Assembly: GCF_988242995.1 (NCBI RefSeq)
Contig: NZ_OZ547043.1
Length of the DNA: 64,000 nt
Strand: one strand, 5' to 3'
Part shown: positions 22,541 through 32,275 of the stretch, one piece after another
Layout: each line of letters starts with the position of its first letter
Numbering within the stretch: the stretch's first letter is position 1
Notes under the pieces: model-generated
Told to the model about the DNA's origin: nothing
Seen by the model: the letters and a program-made list of their open reading frames with translations, nothing else
Database searches by the model: none
Made by a program: the position numbers and the translations under genes

Positions 22541-22632
22541 TCAAATCCTCTCAATCGATATCTTCTGGCGCTTCAGTGGTAGCAACAACTGTGCCAGAGC
22601 TTAAGAGCAACGAGGTTATCATTCACTGTTTT

Positions 22633-22660
22633 ATCAGACCGTGATTTTATCCACAAGTTC
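22633..22660 (-). promoter_or_regulatory. candidate sigma-E-dependent rpoH promoter (P3)
   Basis: On the minus strand: GAACTT - 16 nt - TCTGAT, matching the sigma-E consensus, in the rpoH upstream region. Confidence 0.5.
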
Positions 22661-22784
22661 AATGCAAGCTTGTGAATAAATTACGCACAAAATATGACAT
22701 AGAGATGAAATACCGGGAAGAGACAACGGGGTCTCTTTCCCTGCTACGGAACCCATTGCAGGGAAAGAGTATAACACGCTTTTA

Positions 22785-23843
22785 TTATTCAGGCGTAAAG
22801 TGGCGTAAATGTTGTACCGTGGCAAGCCACGCTGCCACCCAGCCAATCATCGAGCATACCAGCAGCAACAGCAGGCATTCATCGAACGATAAGCCATTGA
22901 TATCAAACTTCGTTCCGAAAACCTGTGCCACTTCTGCAACCGCCGATGACAAACGCAGTACCAGAATTTCTGACAAAATTAATGACAGCAATGCGCCAGA
23001 AAATCCCAGCAATGCGCCTCCGTACAGGAACGGGCGCAGGATGAAACCATCCGTCGCACCAATCAGTTTTTGTACGTTAATGGAGTCACGGCGAGCAAAG
23101 ATGCTCAGACGCACACTGTTGCCGATGACGAGGAACACTGCTGCCACCATCAACACGCCGATCATCGCGGAAACGCGCCCGACCAGCCCGGTCAACGCCG
23201 CCAGACGGGCAAACCAGCTGTCATCCATCCGCACTTCGTCAATGCCGTTGATCTGGGTGATACGATCACGCAGCGTATTCAGTGATTCCGTCCCCTGAAA
23301 ATCGAGTTTCGGGATCACCACCGCCACTGCCGGAAGCGGGTTTTCTTCCAGCATATCCAGCGCGCCGCCAAAACCAGACCAGTTACGGAACTCGCCCAGC
23401 GCGTCTTCACGAGAAAGATAGTTCACTTTCTCTACGCCCTGCTCGGCCTGTAGCTGTGCCACCACGCCCGCAGCGGCGTCATCGTCCAGCGTTTTTTGCA
23501 GATAAACAGTGATTTGCGGTGACGGATAATACTGCGTCGCCGCCTGGTTAACGTTTTTGTACACCATATAACAGACGCTGGGCAGCGTCAGGGAGATGGC
23601 GATAACCATCACCGTTAAAAACGTGGCGAACGGTTTGCTTTTCAGATCCTGCAATGCGCCGTGGAAGGCATAGCGCACCTGTTCGTTGAAAACGTTGGTT
23701 TTGCGATTTACCGGTTTTGGCGAGGATTTCGCGCGTTTCGGTGCGTTACGACCGCCGTCGCCTGAGCCGCCGACCGATTTACGGAAGCGATCCAGACGCC
23801 CGCCAAACTGCCGAATATGATTGATTGCATCGCGCTTATTCAT
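22785..23843 (-). CDS. ftsX: cell division ABC-transporter-like permease
   Basis: Start refined to [15 protein letters not shown]; 352 aa; overlaps ftsE end. Confidence 0.93.
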
Positions 23844-24504
23844 GGCCCACGCCTCCATGCAAGTGACCATCGCTCAGGGTGAGCATGCGATAGGAACGCC
23901 GCGAAATCAGGTTGATGTCGTGCGTTGCCATCAATACGGTTACCCCAACGCGGTTAAACTCTTCAAACAGACGTAAAATGCCTTCCGACAACGCGTCGTC
24001 CAGGTTACCAGTCGGTTCGTCCGCCAGCAGTACCGCGGGCTTGTTCACCACCGCGCGGGCAATGCCAACACGCTGTTGTTCACCGCCGGAAAGCTGAATA
24101 GGGAAGTTCTTCGCTTTGTCCAGTAGCCCGACTTTATCCAGCGCCGCCGACACCCGGCGACGAATATCGTCACCGCTGGCACCGGCGATAATCAGCGGGA
24201 TCGCCACGTTATCGTAGACAGTACGGTCCATCAGTAGATGGTGATCCTGGAAAATCATGCCAATCTGGCGGCGCAGAAACGGAACTTCACGGTTTTTCAG
24301 ACGCGTGATGTCATGGCCGCTAAACCAGATTTTCCCGGCGCTGGGCCGCTCAATCCCACAGATCAGCTTCAGGAGGGTACTTTTCCCTGCGCCGGAATGA
24401 CCGGTCAGAAACGCCATCTCACCCGGCTGCATATGGAACGTAACGCCCTGCAGCGCCTGTCTCCCACCGAGATAAGCCTTGCTGACATGTTCAAAGCGAA
24501 TCAT
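23836..24504 (-). CDS. ftsE: cell division ATP-binding protein
   Basis: 222 aa; Walker [10 protein letters not shown], signature LSGGEQQR. Confidence 0.96.
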
Positions 24505-24506
24505 TG

Positions 24507-26003
24507 TTAATCCTCTCGGGCAAAAAGTGCCTCTATAAAGTCGTCCGCCTTAAACGGACGCAAATCCTCAATACGTTCGCCGACACCAATGTAGCGGATA
24601 GGGATACCAAACTGGTCAGCCACCGAGAAAATTACCCCGCCTTTCGCCGTGCCGTCCAGTTTCGTTAGCGTGATGCCGGTTAAGCCAACGGCTTCATGGA
24701 ACAGTTTGGCCTGGCTTACCGCGTTCTGCCCGGTGCTGGCATCGATAGTCAGCATAACTTCATGCGGCGCTTCAACGTCGAGTTTCTTCATCACGCGGAC
24801 GATTTTCTTCAACTCTTCCATCAGGTGCGATTTGTTCTGCAGGCGTCCGGCGGTATCGGCAATCAGGACGTCGATATTACGCGCTTTAGCGGCCTGAATG
24901 GCGTCGAAGATAACAGAGGCGGAATCCGCACCGGTATGCTGGGCAATCACCGGAATATTGTTGCGCTGACCCCAGACCTGAAGCTGTTCAACCGCTGCCG
25001 CACGGAAAGTATCGCCCGCCGCCAGCATCACCGATTTACCCTGCTGCTCAAACTGACGTGCCAGCTTACCAATCGTCGTGGTTTTACCCACACCGTTGAC
25101 GCCCACCATCAGGATCACGAACGGCGTTTTACCTTCAACATTCAGCGGCTCATCGACTTTCGCCAGAATCTCGCCCATCTCTTCTTTCAGCAGGCCATAG
25201 AGCGCTTCGGCATCACGAAGCTGCTTGCGGGATGCGCCTTCCGTCAGATTGGTGATAATTTTACGTGTGGTTTCCACGCCCACATCGGCGATCAACAGCT
25301 GTTCTTCCAGCTCTTCAAATAGATCATCGTCGATTTTTTTACCGCGGAACAGGCTGATAAATCCGGAACCGAGATTTTCTTTGGTTTTTAACAGGCTGCG
25401 TTTCAGGCGCGCGAAGAAACCTTCTTTGGTCGGTTTTTCCTGCTCCTGAGCGATTTCTTCCACCGGCTGCTCTTCTTCTGCCGGAGGAACCACCATCACC
25501 GCCTCTTCTGCCGCTTCGGCAGCCAGCGCCTGTGCTTCCAGCTCTTCGTCGGTGATTTCTTCTTTAGCCGCTTCTTCTTCCGCCGCTTCGACAATCTCTA
25601 CGGTTTCCGCTTCGGCCTGCCACTCTTCTGGCGAAACCTCTTCGGCGTTGACGTCCTCCGGCAACGGCAGCTCTTCACGCTCGATAGCCACTGGCTCCGG
25701 CGTTTCTTCTACGACCGGTTCCGGCTGTGCAACGACTTCCGCTTCAGGCTGCGCTTTTTCACTTTCAGCAACCTGTTCAGAGACTTCCACAACGTCGGCA
25801 GCAAAAGTTTCCGCTTCGGCCTCAGTATGCGCCTGCGGCTGCTCTTCAACGGCTTGTTCCGAAGCCTTCGCAGGCTCTTGCGCCTGAACGATTTCTTCTA
25901 CAACCGGTTGTTCATTCTGAACTTCTGTCTCTTTTTCCGGGGTCTGCTCTTTTTGACCAAAGCCCAGCCAGGAAAAAAAGCCACGTTTTTTTTCTTTCGC
26001 CAT
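24507..26003 (-). CDS. ftsY: signal recognition particle receptor
   Basis: 498 aa; acidic low-complexity N-terminal domain plus C-terminal SRP GTPase domain (GVNGVGKTTTIGKLA). Confidence 0.96.
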   Translation of the reverse strand: MAKEKKRGFFSWLGFGQKEQTPEKETEVQNEQPVVEEIVQAQEPAKASEQAVEEQPQAHTEAEAETFAADVVEVSEQVAESEKAQPEAEVVAQPEPVVEETPEPVAIEREELPLPEDVNAEEVSPEEWQAEAETVEIVEAAEEEAAKEEITDEELEAQALAAEAAEEAVMVVPPAEEEQPVEEIAQEQEKPTKEGFFARLKRSLLKTKENLGSGFISLFRGKKIDDDLFEELEEQLLIADVGVETTRKIITNLTEGASRKQLRDAEALYGLLKEEMGEILAKVDEPLNVEGKTPFVILMVGVNGVGKTTTIGKLARQFEQQGKSVMLAAGDTFRAAAVEQLQVWGQRNNIPVIAQHTGADSASVIFDAIQAAKARNIDVLIADTAGRLQNKSHLMEELKKIVRVMKKLDVEAPHEVMLTIDASTGQNAVSQAKLFHEAVGLTGITLTKLDGTAKGGVIFSVADQFGIPIRYIGVGERIEDLRPFKADDFIEALFARED

Positions 26004-26152
26004 TTGCGACTACACTCCTCGCTGTTGCTTCATGGCACAGCGTTAACGCTATGTACATAGCAGCTAAAAAAATGATGAAATAGTCTATCACTTAACTTAA
26101 TTCACATCACCGCCTGCAAGTATGTGTTATCTGGCGGATTGAGCAATTTATC

Positions 26153-26749
26153 ATGAAAAAACCGAATCATTCCGGCAGCGGCCAAATCCGCATTATTGGC
26201 GGGCAGTGGCGAGGCCGTAAACTCCCGGTTCCTGATAGCCCAGGTCTGCGCCCCACCACCGACCGCGTACGCGAAACGTTGTTTAACTGGCTGGCTCCGG
26301 TCATTGTTGACGCCCAATGTCTGGATTGCTTCGCCGGGAGCGGCGCGCTGGGGTTGGAAGCGTTATCGCGCTACGCTGCGGGGGCCACGTTGATTGAGAT
26401 GGATCGTGCAGTTTCTCAGCAGTTAATTAAGAATCTGGCGACACTAAAAGCAGGCAATGCACGCGTGGTGAACAGCAACGCGATGTCATTCCTGGCGCAA
26501 AAAGGCACACCGCATAATATCGTGTTTGTCGATCCACCGTTCCGCCGTGGCTTGTTAGAAGAGACGATAAATTTACTGGAAGATAACGGCTGGCTGGCTG
26601 ACGAAGCCCTGATTTATGTCGAAAGCGAAGTCGAAAACGGTCTGCCCACCGTTCCGGCGAACTGGTCATTACATCGGGAAAAAGTGGCGGGTCAGGTGGC
26701 TTATCGGCTGTATCAACGCGAAGCACAAGGAGAAAGTGATGCTGATTAA
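26153..26749 (+). CDS. rsmD: 16S rRNA m2G966 methyltransferase
   Basis: 198 aa; SAM-binding motif (LDCFAGSGALGLEA) and DPPF motif (VFVDPPF). Confidence 0.93.
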   Translation: MKKPNHSGSGQIRIIGGQWRGRKLPVPDSPGLRPTTDRVRETLFNWLAPVIVDAQCLDCFAGSGALGLEALSRYAAGATLIEMDRAVSQQLIKNLATLKAGNARVVNSNAMSFLAQKGTPHNIVFVDPPFRRGLLEETINLLEDNGWLADEALIYVESEVENGLPTVPANWSLHREKVAGQVAYRLYQREAQGESDAD

Positions 26750-27008
26750 TATTGGTCGTTTGTTAATGCTCTGTGTTTGGGGATTTTTAATCCTCAACCT
26801 GGTGCATCCCTTCCCGCGTCCGCTGAATATTTTCGTTAACGTGGCGCTGATTTTTACCGTGCTGATGCATGGTATGCAACTGGCGCTATTGAAATCCACT
26901 TTACCGAAAGATGGCCCGCAGATGACCACCGCCGAAAAGGTGCGGATTTTCCTTTTCGGCGTGTTTGAACTGCTGGTCTGGCAGAAGAAATTTAAAGTTA
27001 AAAAATAA
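26739..27008 (+). CDS. yhhL: small inner membrane protein (DUF1145)
   Basis: 89 aa from internal ATG (MLINIGRLLMLCVWGF) of ORF 26616-27008; overlaps rsmD 3' end by 11 nt. Confidence 0.8.
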   Translation: MLINIGRLLMLCVWGFLILNLVHPFPRPLNIFVNVALIFTVLMHGMQLALLKSTLPKDGPQMTTAEKVRIFLFGVFELLVWQKKFKVKK

Positions 27009-27010
27009 CC

Positions 27011-27370
27011 TTATTGTTCGCCAACAAAGCTAACAAAGCGCGTTCCTTTATAGCTCAGCGTACCTTTATCGCCCACTGTCAGGGCGTGGTACTGCTGGGC
27101 GTCGAGGCGAAACGTCTGCTCCATTCCTCCGCTTTGCGGTTTGAAGCTTGCCTCATAGCGCATACTGGTGCCTGCCGGAGTTACTTCCTGCTGGCGCGAA
27201 CGGCGATCGTTAATCGGTTTTTCCCGCTTGTTGCTCACCACCACCAGCTTTTGCTGGAGCGGTGCCATATCATTATCAGCTTTTTCCCGTCGTTGTTGCA
27301 TAAAACGAAACGATGCGGCGACGATGATTAAGCCAATGATAACAATAAAGAAAAGAGGTGGTTTGCTCAT
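27011..27370 (-). CDS. yhhM: uncharacterised membrane-anchored protein
   Basis: 119 aa with N-terminal TM helix (MSKPPLFFIVIIGLIIVAASF); K-12 synteny. Confidence 0.85.
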   Translation of the reverse strand: MSKPPLFFIVIIGLIIVAASFRFMQQRREKADNDMAPLQQKLVVVSNKREKPINDRRSRQQEVTPAGTSMRYEASFKPQSGGMEQTFRLDAQQYHALTVGDKGTLSYKGTRFVSFVGEQ

Positions 27371-27510
27371 CTTTATCCCTCATCGGAAAATGCGGAATTA
27401 AGCATACCCTGCCAGTTATGGTGTTGTCATCCGTCCACCCTCGCCACTAAACTGGAAGCAAGACCGTAGGCATTCCGCTTACGAAAAAATAACGAATTCA
27501 AGGAACTAAG

Positions 27511-28137
27511 ATGCTTTGGTCGTTTATCGCTGTCTGTCTTTCCGCATGGCTATCTGTGGATGCATCGTATCGTGGGCCAACCTGGCAACGCTGGGTGTTT
27601 AAACCGTTAACCCTTCTTCTCCTGCTGTTACTGGCCTGGCAAGCGCCGATGTTCGACGCCATTAGCTATCTGGTGCTGGCGGGGCTGTGCGCCTCACTGC
27701 TGGGCGATGCGCTAACCCTGTTGCCACGTCAACGTCTGATGTACGCCATCGGCGCGTTTTTCCTCTCGCACCTGCTGTACACCATCTATTTCGCCAGTCA
27801 GATGACGCTCTCTTTCTTCTGGCCTCTGCCACTGGTGTTGCTGGTTCTGGGCGCGCTGTTACTGGCGATTATCTGGACGCGGCTGGAAGAGTATCGTTGG
27901 CCTATCTGCACGTTTATCGGCATGACGCTGGTGATGGTGTGGCTGGCAGGTGAACTGTGCTTCTTCCGTCCGACCGCTCCGGCGCTCTCTGCGTTTGTTG
28001 GCGCTTCGTTGCTGTTTATCAGTAACTTTGTCTGGCTGGGGAGCCACTATCGCCGACGCTTCCGTGCGGATAACGCGATTGCTGCGGCCTGCTACTTTGC
28101 CGGTCACTTCCTGATCGTCCGCTCGCTGTATCTCTGA
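27511..28137 (+). CDS. yhhN: YhhN-family integral membrane protein
   Basis: 208 aa polytopic membrane protein; K-12 synteny. Confidence 0.88.
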   Translation: MLWSFIAVCLSAWLSVDASYRGPTWQRWVFKPLTLLLLLLLAWQAPMFDAISYLVLAGLCASLLGDALTLLPRQRLMYAIGAFFLSHLLYTIYFASQMTLSFFWPLPLVLLVLGALLLAIIWTRLEEYRWPICTFIGMTLVMVWLAGELCFFRPTAPALSAFVGASLLFISNFVWLGSHYRRRFRADNAIAAACYFAGHFLIVRSLYL

Positions 28138-28142
28138 TAAAA

Positions 28143-28177
28143 CTTGACTCTGGAGTCGACTCCAGAGTGTATCCTTC
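28143..28177 (+). promoter_or_regulatory. zntA promoter with ZntR (MerR-type) operator
   Basis: TTGACT -35, 20-bp spacer containing perfect palindrome actctggagtcgactccagagt, then TATCCT -10; classic MerR-family long-spacer promoter. Confidence 0.8.
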
Positions 28178-28210
28178 GGTTAATGAGAAAAAACTTAACC
28201 GGAGGATGCC

Positions 28211-30409
28211 ATGTCGACTCCTGACAATCACGGCAAGAAAGCCCCTCAATTTGCTGCGTTCAAACCGCTAACCACGGTACAGAACGCCAACGACTGTTGC
28301 TGCGACGGCGCATGTTCCAGCACGCCAACGCTCTCTGAAAACGTCTCCGGCACCCGCTATAGCTGGAAAGTCAGCGGCATGGACTGCGCCGCCTGTGCGC
28401 GCAAGGTAGAAAATGCCGTGCGCCAGCTTGCAGGCGTGAATCAGGTGCAGGTGTTGTTCGCCACCGAAAAACTGGTGGTCGATGCCGACAATGACATCCG
28501 TGCCCAGGTTGAATCTGCGGTGCAAAAAGCGGGCTATTCCCTGCGCGATGAACAGGCCGCCGACGAACCGCAAACATCACGCCTGAAAGAGAATTTGCCG
28601 CTGATTACGCTAATCGTGATGATGGCAATCAGCTGGGGTCTGGAGCAGTTTAATCATCCGTTCGGGCAACTGGCGTTTATCGCGACCACGCTGGTTGGGC
28701 TGTACCCGATTGCTCGTCAGGCATTACGGCTGATCAAATCCGGCAGCTACTTCGCCATTGAAACGTTAATGAGCGTAGCCGCTATTGGTGCGCTGTTTAT
28801 TGGCGCAACGGCTGAAGCTGCGATGGTGTTGCTACTGTTTTTGATTGGTGAACGACTGGAAGGCTGGGCCGCCAGCCGCGCGCGTCAGGGCGTTAGCGCG
28901 TTAATGGCGCTGAAACCAGAAACCGCCACGCGCCTGCGTAACGGTGAGCGGGAAGAGGTGGCGATTAACAGCCTGCGCCCTGGCGATGTGATTGAAGTCG
29001 CCGCAGGTGGACGTTTGCCTGCCGACGGTAAACTGCTCTCACCGTTTGCCAGTTTTGATGAAAGCGCCCTGACCGGCGAATCCATTCCGGTGGAGCGCGC
29101 AACGGGCGATAAAGTCCCTGCTGGTGCCACCAGCGTAGACCGTCTGGTAACGCTGGAAGTGCTGTCAGAACCGGGTGCCAGCGCCATTGACCGGATTCTG
29201 AAACTGATCGAAGAAGCCGAAGAGCGTCGCGCACCCATTGAGCGGTTTATCGACCGTTTCAGCCGTATCTATACGCCCGCGATTATGGCCGTCGCTCTGC
29301 TGGTGACGCTGGTGCCACCGCTGCTGTTTGCCGCCAGCTGGCAGGAGTGGATTTATAAAGGCCTGACGCTGCTGCTGATTGGCTGCCCGTGCGCGTTAGT
29401 TATCTCCACGCCCGCGGCGATTACCTCCGGGCTGGCAGCAGCAGCGCGTCGTGGGGCGTTAATTAAAGGCGGAGCGGCGCTGGAACAACTGGGTCGTGTT
29501 ACCCAGGTGGCGTTTGATAAAACCGGTACGCTGACCGTCGGTAAACCGCGCGTTACCGCGATTCATCCGGCAACGGGTATTAGTGAATCTGAACTGCTGA
29601 CACTGGCAGCGGCGGTCGAGCAAGGCGCGACGCATCCACTGGCGCAAGCCATCGTACGCGAAGCACAGGTTGCTGAACTCGCTATTCCCACCGCCGAATC
29701 ACAGCGGGCGCTGGTCGGGTCTGGCATTGAAGCGCAGGTTAACGGTGAGCGCGTATTGATTTGCGCTGCAGGGAAACATCCCGCTGATGCATTTGCTGGT
29801 TTGATTAATGAACTGGAAAGCGCCGGGCAAACAGTAGTGCTGGTAGTACGTAACGATGACGTGCTGGGTATCATTGCATTGCAGGATACTCTGCGTGCCG
29901 ATGCTGCAACTGCCATCAGTGAACTGAACGCGCTGGGAGTTAAAGGAGTGATCCTCACCGGCGATAATCCACGCGCAGCGGCGGCAATCGCCGGGGAACT
30001 GGGGCTGGAGTTTAAAGCGGGCCTGTTGCCGGAAGATAAAGTCAAAGCAGTGACCGAGCTGAATCAACATGCGCCGCTGGCGATGGTCGGTGACGGTATT
30101 AACGACGCGCCAGCGATGAAAGCCGCCGCCATCGGGATTGCAATGGGCAGTGGCACAGACGTGGCGCTGGAAACCGCCGATGCAGCATTAACCCATAACC
30201 ACCTGCGCGGCCTGGTGCAAATGATTGAACTGGCACGCGCCACTCACGCCAATATCCGCCAGAACATCACTATTGCGCTGGGGCTGAAGGGCGTTTTCCT
30301 CGTCACGACGCTGTTAGGGATGACCGGACTGTGGCTGGCAGTGCTGGCAGATACCGGTGCGACGGTGCTGGTGACGGCGAATGCGTTAAGGCTGTTGCGC
30401 AGGAAATAA
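28211..30409 (+). CDS. zntA: Zn/Cd/Pb-exporting P1B-type ATPase
   Basis: 732 aa; N-terminal metal-binding GMDCAACARK, CPC motif (IGCPCALVIS), phosphorylation motif DKTGTLT, hinge GDGINDAPA. Confidence 0.97.
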   Translation: MSTPDNHGKKAPQFAAFKPLTTVQNANDCCCDGACSSTPTLSENVSGTRYSWKVSGMDCAACARKVENAVRQLAGVNQVQVLFATEKLVVDADNDIRAQVESAVQKAGYSLRDEQAADEPQTSRLKENLPLITLIVMMAISWGLEQFNHPFGQLAFIATTLVGLYPIARQALRLIKSGSYFAIETLMSVAAIGALFIGATAEAAMVLLLFLIGERLEGWAASRARQGVSALMALKPETATRLRNGEREEVAINSLRPGDVIEVAAGGRLPADGKLLSPFASFDESALTGESIPVERATGDKVPAGATSVDRLVTLEVLSEPGASAIDRILKLIEEAEERRAPIERFIDRFSRIYTPAIMAVALLVTLVPPLLFAASWQEWIYKGLTLLLIGCPCALVISTPAAITSGLAAAARRGALIKGGAALEQLGRVTQVAFDKTGTLTVGKPRVTAIHPATGISESELLTLAAAVEQGATHPLAQAIVREAQVAELAIPTAESQRALVGSGIEAQVNGERVLICAAGKHPADAFAGLINELESAGQTVVLVVRNDDVLGIIALQDTLRADAATAISELNALGVKGVILTGDNPRAAAAIAGELGLEFKAGLLPEDKVKAVTELNQHAPLAMVGDGINDAPAMKAAAIGIAMGSGTDVALETADAALTHNHLRGLVQMIELARATHANIRQNITIALGLKGVFLVTTLLGMTGLWLAVLADTGATVLVTANALRLLRRK

Positions 30410-30419
30410 GGCAAACCGA

Positions 30420-30490
30420 TCGCAACATTGAGCGCGATCGGTCCCCTCGCTCCTCTGGGGAGAGGGTTAGGGTGAGGGGAAAAGGCGGCA
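30420..30490. repeat. GC-rich palindromic intergenic repeat (boxC-like)
   Basis: cgatcggtcccctcgctcctctggggagagggttagggtgagggg closely resembles 12690-12740. Confidence 0.65.
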
Positions 30491-30510
30491 TCGAAGCCAA
30501 TCAGCCCCCA

Positions 30511-30756
30511 TCAACCGCCTTTGCGAATCAAATAACGATAAGGCAGTCCATCCGTCTCTTTAGCAACCAGTTCGTGTTCCATAAAGGTACAAAACCCAGG
30601 AATATCGCGGGTAGTGGCCGGATCGTCGGCGATAATCAGCAACGTTTCGCCAGGCTGCATATTGCGCACGGTTTTGCGCACCATCATCACCGGTTCCGGG
30701 CAGCGCAGGCCAAGCGCGTCGAGTGTGTGGTCAGGGCTGGAAAAGAGATCGGTCAT
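30511..30756 (-). CDS. tusA: sulfurtransferase for tRNA 2-thiouridine synthesis
   Basis: 81 aa; CPxP motif ([17 protein letters not shown]); matches remembered TusA. Confidence 0.95.
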
Positions 30757-30976
30757 TTTCTTCTCATCACTTAAAAAAACGGCGCTAGTTTACGCCCTGT
30801 GAGTCCGTAAGCAAACCAGGTTAACGATTGCGTAAAAATTAACCATTGCATTGTCAACGTAAAGCAGTATCATGCGGCGGCTCGAAAAAAGGGTAAGCAC
30901 GTTATTATGTTAAGGTAACAGACGTGTCGTACGTATTGGGTTCCCTCACCCCAATGGCTAATCAAAAAGGTACAAT

Positions 30977-31642
30977 ATGAACGTTGTCTCGCAAACTCAA
31001 CGCTATAAGGCGTTGTTCTGGTTATCGTTATTTCATCTGCTGGTGATCACCTCCAGTAACTATCTGGTTCAGCTTCCGGTCTCCATTTTTGGTTTCCATA
31101 CCACCTGGGGCGCATTTAGCTTTCCGTTTATTTTCCTTGCTACCGACCTGACCGTGCGTATTTTTGGCGCACCGCTGGCCCGTCGTATCATCTTTGCGGT
31201 GATGATCCCGGCGTTGCTGATCTCCTACGTCATCTCGTCGCTGTTCTATATGGGTTCCTGGCAGGGATTCGGCGCGCTCGCCCACTTCAATCTGTTTGTC
31301 GCCCGTATCGCCACCGCCAGTTTCATGGCCTACGCGCTGGGCCAGATCCTCGACGTGCACGTTTTTAACCGCCTGCGTCAGAGTCGCCGCTGGTGGCTGG
31401 CACCAACAGCTTCCACCCTGTTTGGGAACGTCAGCGACACGCTGGCCTTCTTCTTCATTGCCTTCTGGCACAGCCCCGATGCCTTTATGGCTGAACACTG
31501 GATGGAAATCGCGCTGGTCGATTACTGTTTCAAAGTGTTAATCAGTATCGTTTTCTTCCTGCCAATGTATGGCGTATTACTCAATATGCTGTTGAAAAGA
31601 CTGGCAGATAAATCTGAAATCAACGCTTTGCAGGCGAGTTAA
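30977..31642 (+). CDS. yhhQ: queuosine precursor transporter
   Basis: 221 aa polytopic membrane protein; matches remembered YhhQ. Confidence 0.9.
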   Translation: MNVVSQTQRYKALFWLSLFHLLVITSSNYLVQLPVSIFGFHTTWGAFSFPFIFLATDLTVRIFGAPLARRIIFAVMIPALLISYVISSLFYMGSWQGFGALAHFNLFVARIATASFMAYALGQILDVHVFNRLRQSRRWWLAPTASTLFGNVSDTLAFFFIAFWHSPDAFMAEHWMEIALVDYCFKVLISIVFFLPMYGVLLNMLLKRLADKSEINALQAS

Positions 31643-31714
31643 AGGTTCGTTATCAGAGTTGTGATAAGATGGATGAATGAGCCGTTATGGCCGTTTATCG
31701 AAAGGAAGAAGTCA

Positions 31715-32272
31715 ATGCGCAATCTGGTTAAATATGTCGGAATTGGCCTGCTGGTTATGGGGCTTGCGGCCTGTGATGATAAAGACACTAACGCTACGGC
31801 GCAGGGTTCGGTCGCGGAAAGTAACGCTACCGGGAATCCCGTCAACCTGCTTGATGGCAAGTTAAGTTTCTCGCTGCCAGCGGATATGACCGACCAGAGC
31901 GGTAAGCTGGGAACGCAGGCCAATAACATGCATGTCTGGTCCGATGCCACCGGGCAGAAAGCAGTCATCGTCATCATGGGCGATGACCCGAAAGAAGATC
32001 TGGCGGTGCTAGCGAAGCGTCTGGAAGATCAGCAACGTAGCCGCGATCCGCAGCTGCAAGTGGTAACCAATAAAGCCATTGAGCTGAAAGGTCACAAAAT
32101 GCAGCAGTTAGACAGCATTATCTCCGCGAAAGGCCAGACGGCGTACTCTTCCGTTATTCTGGGTAACGTGGGTAATCAACTGCTGACCATGCAAATTACG
32201 CTGCCAGCTGACGATCAGCAAAAAGCACAGACCACCGCAGAAAACATCATTAATACGCTGGTTATTCAGTAA
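31715..32272 (+). CDS. dcrB: periplasmic lipoprotein DcrB
   Basis: Start refined to [20 protein letters not shown] (lipobox LAAC); 185 aa. Confidence 0.9.
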
Positions 32273-32275
32273 GTT

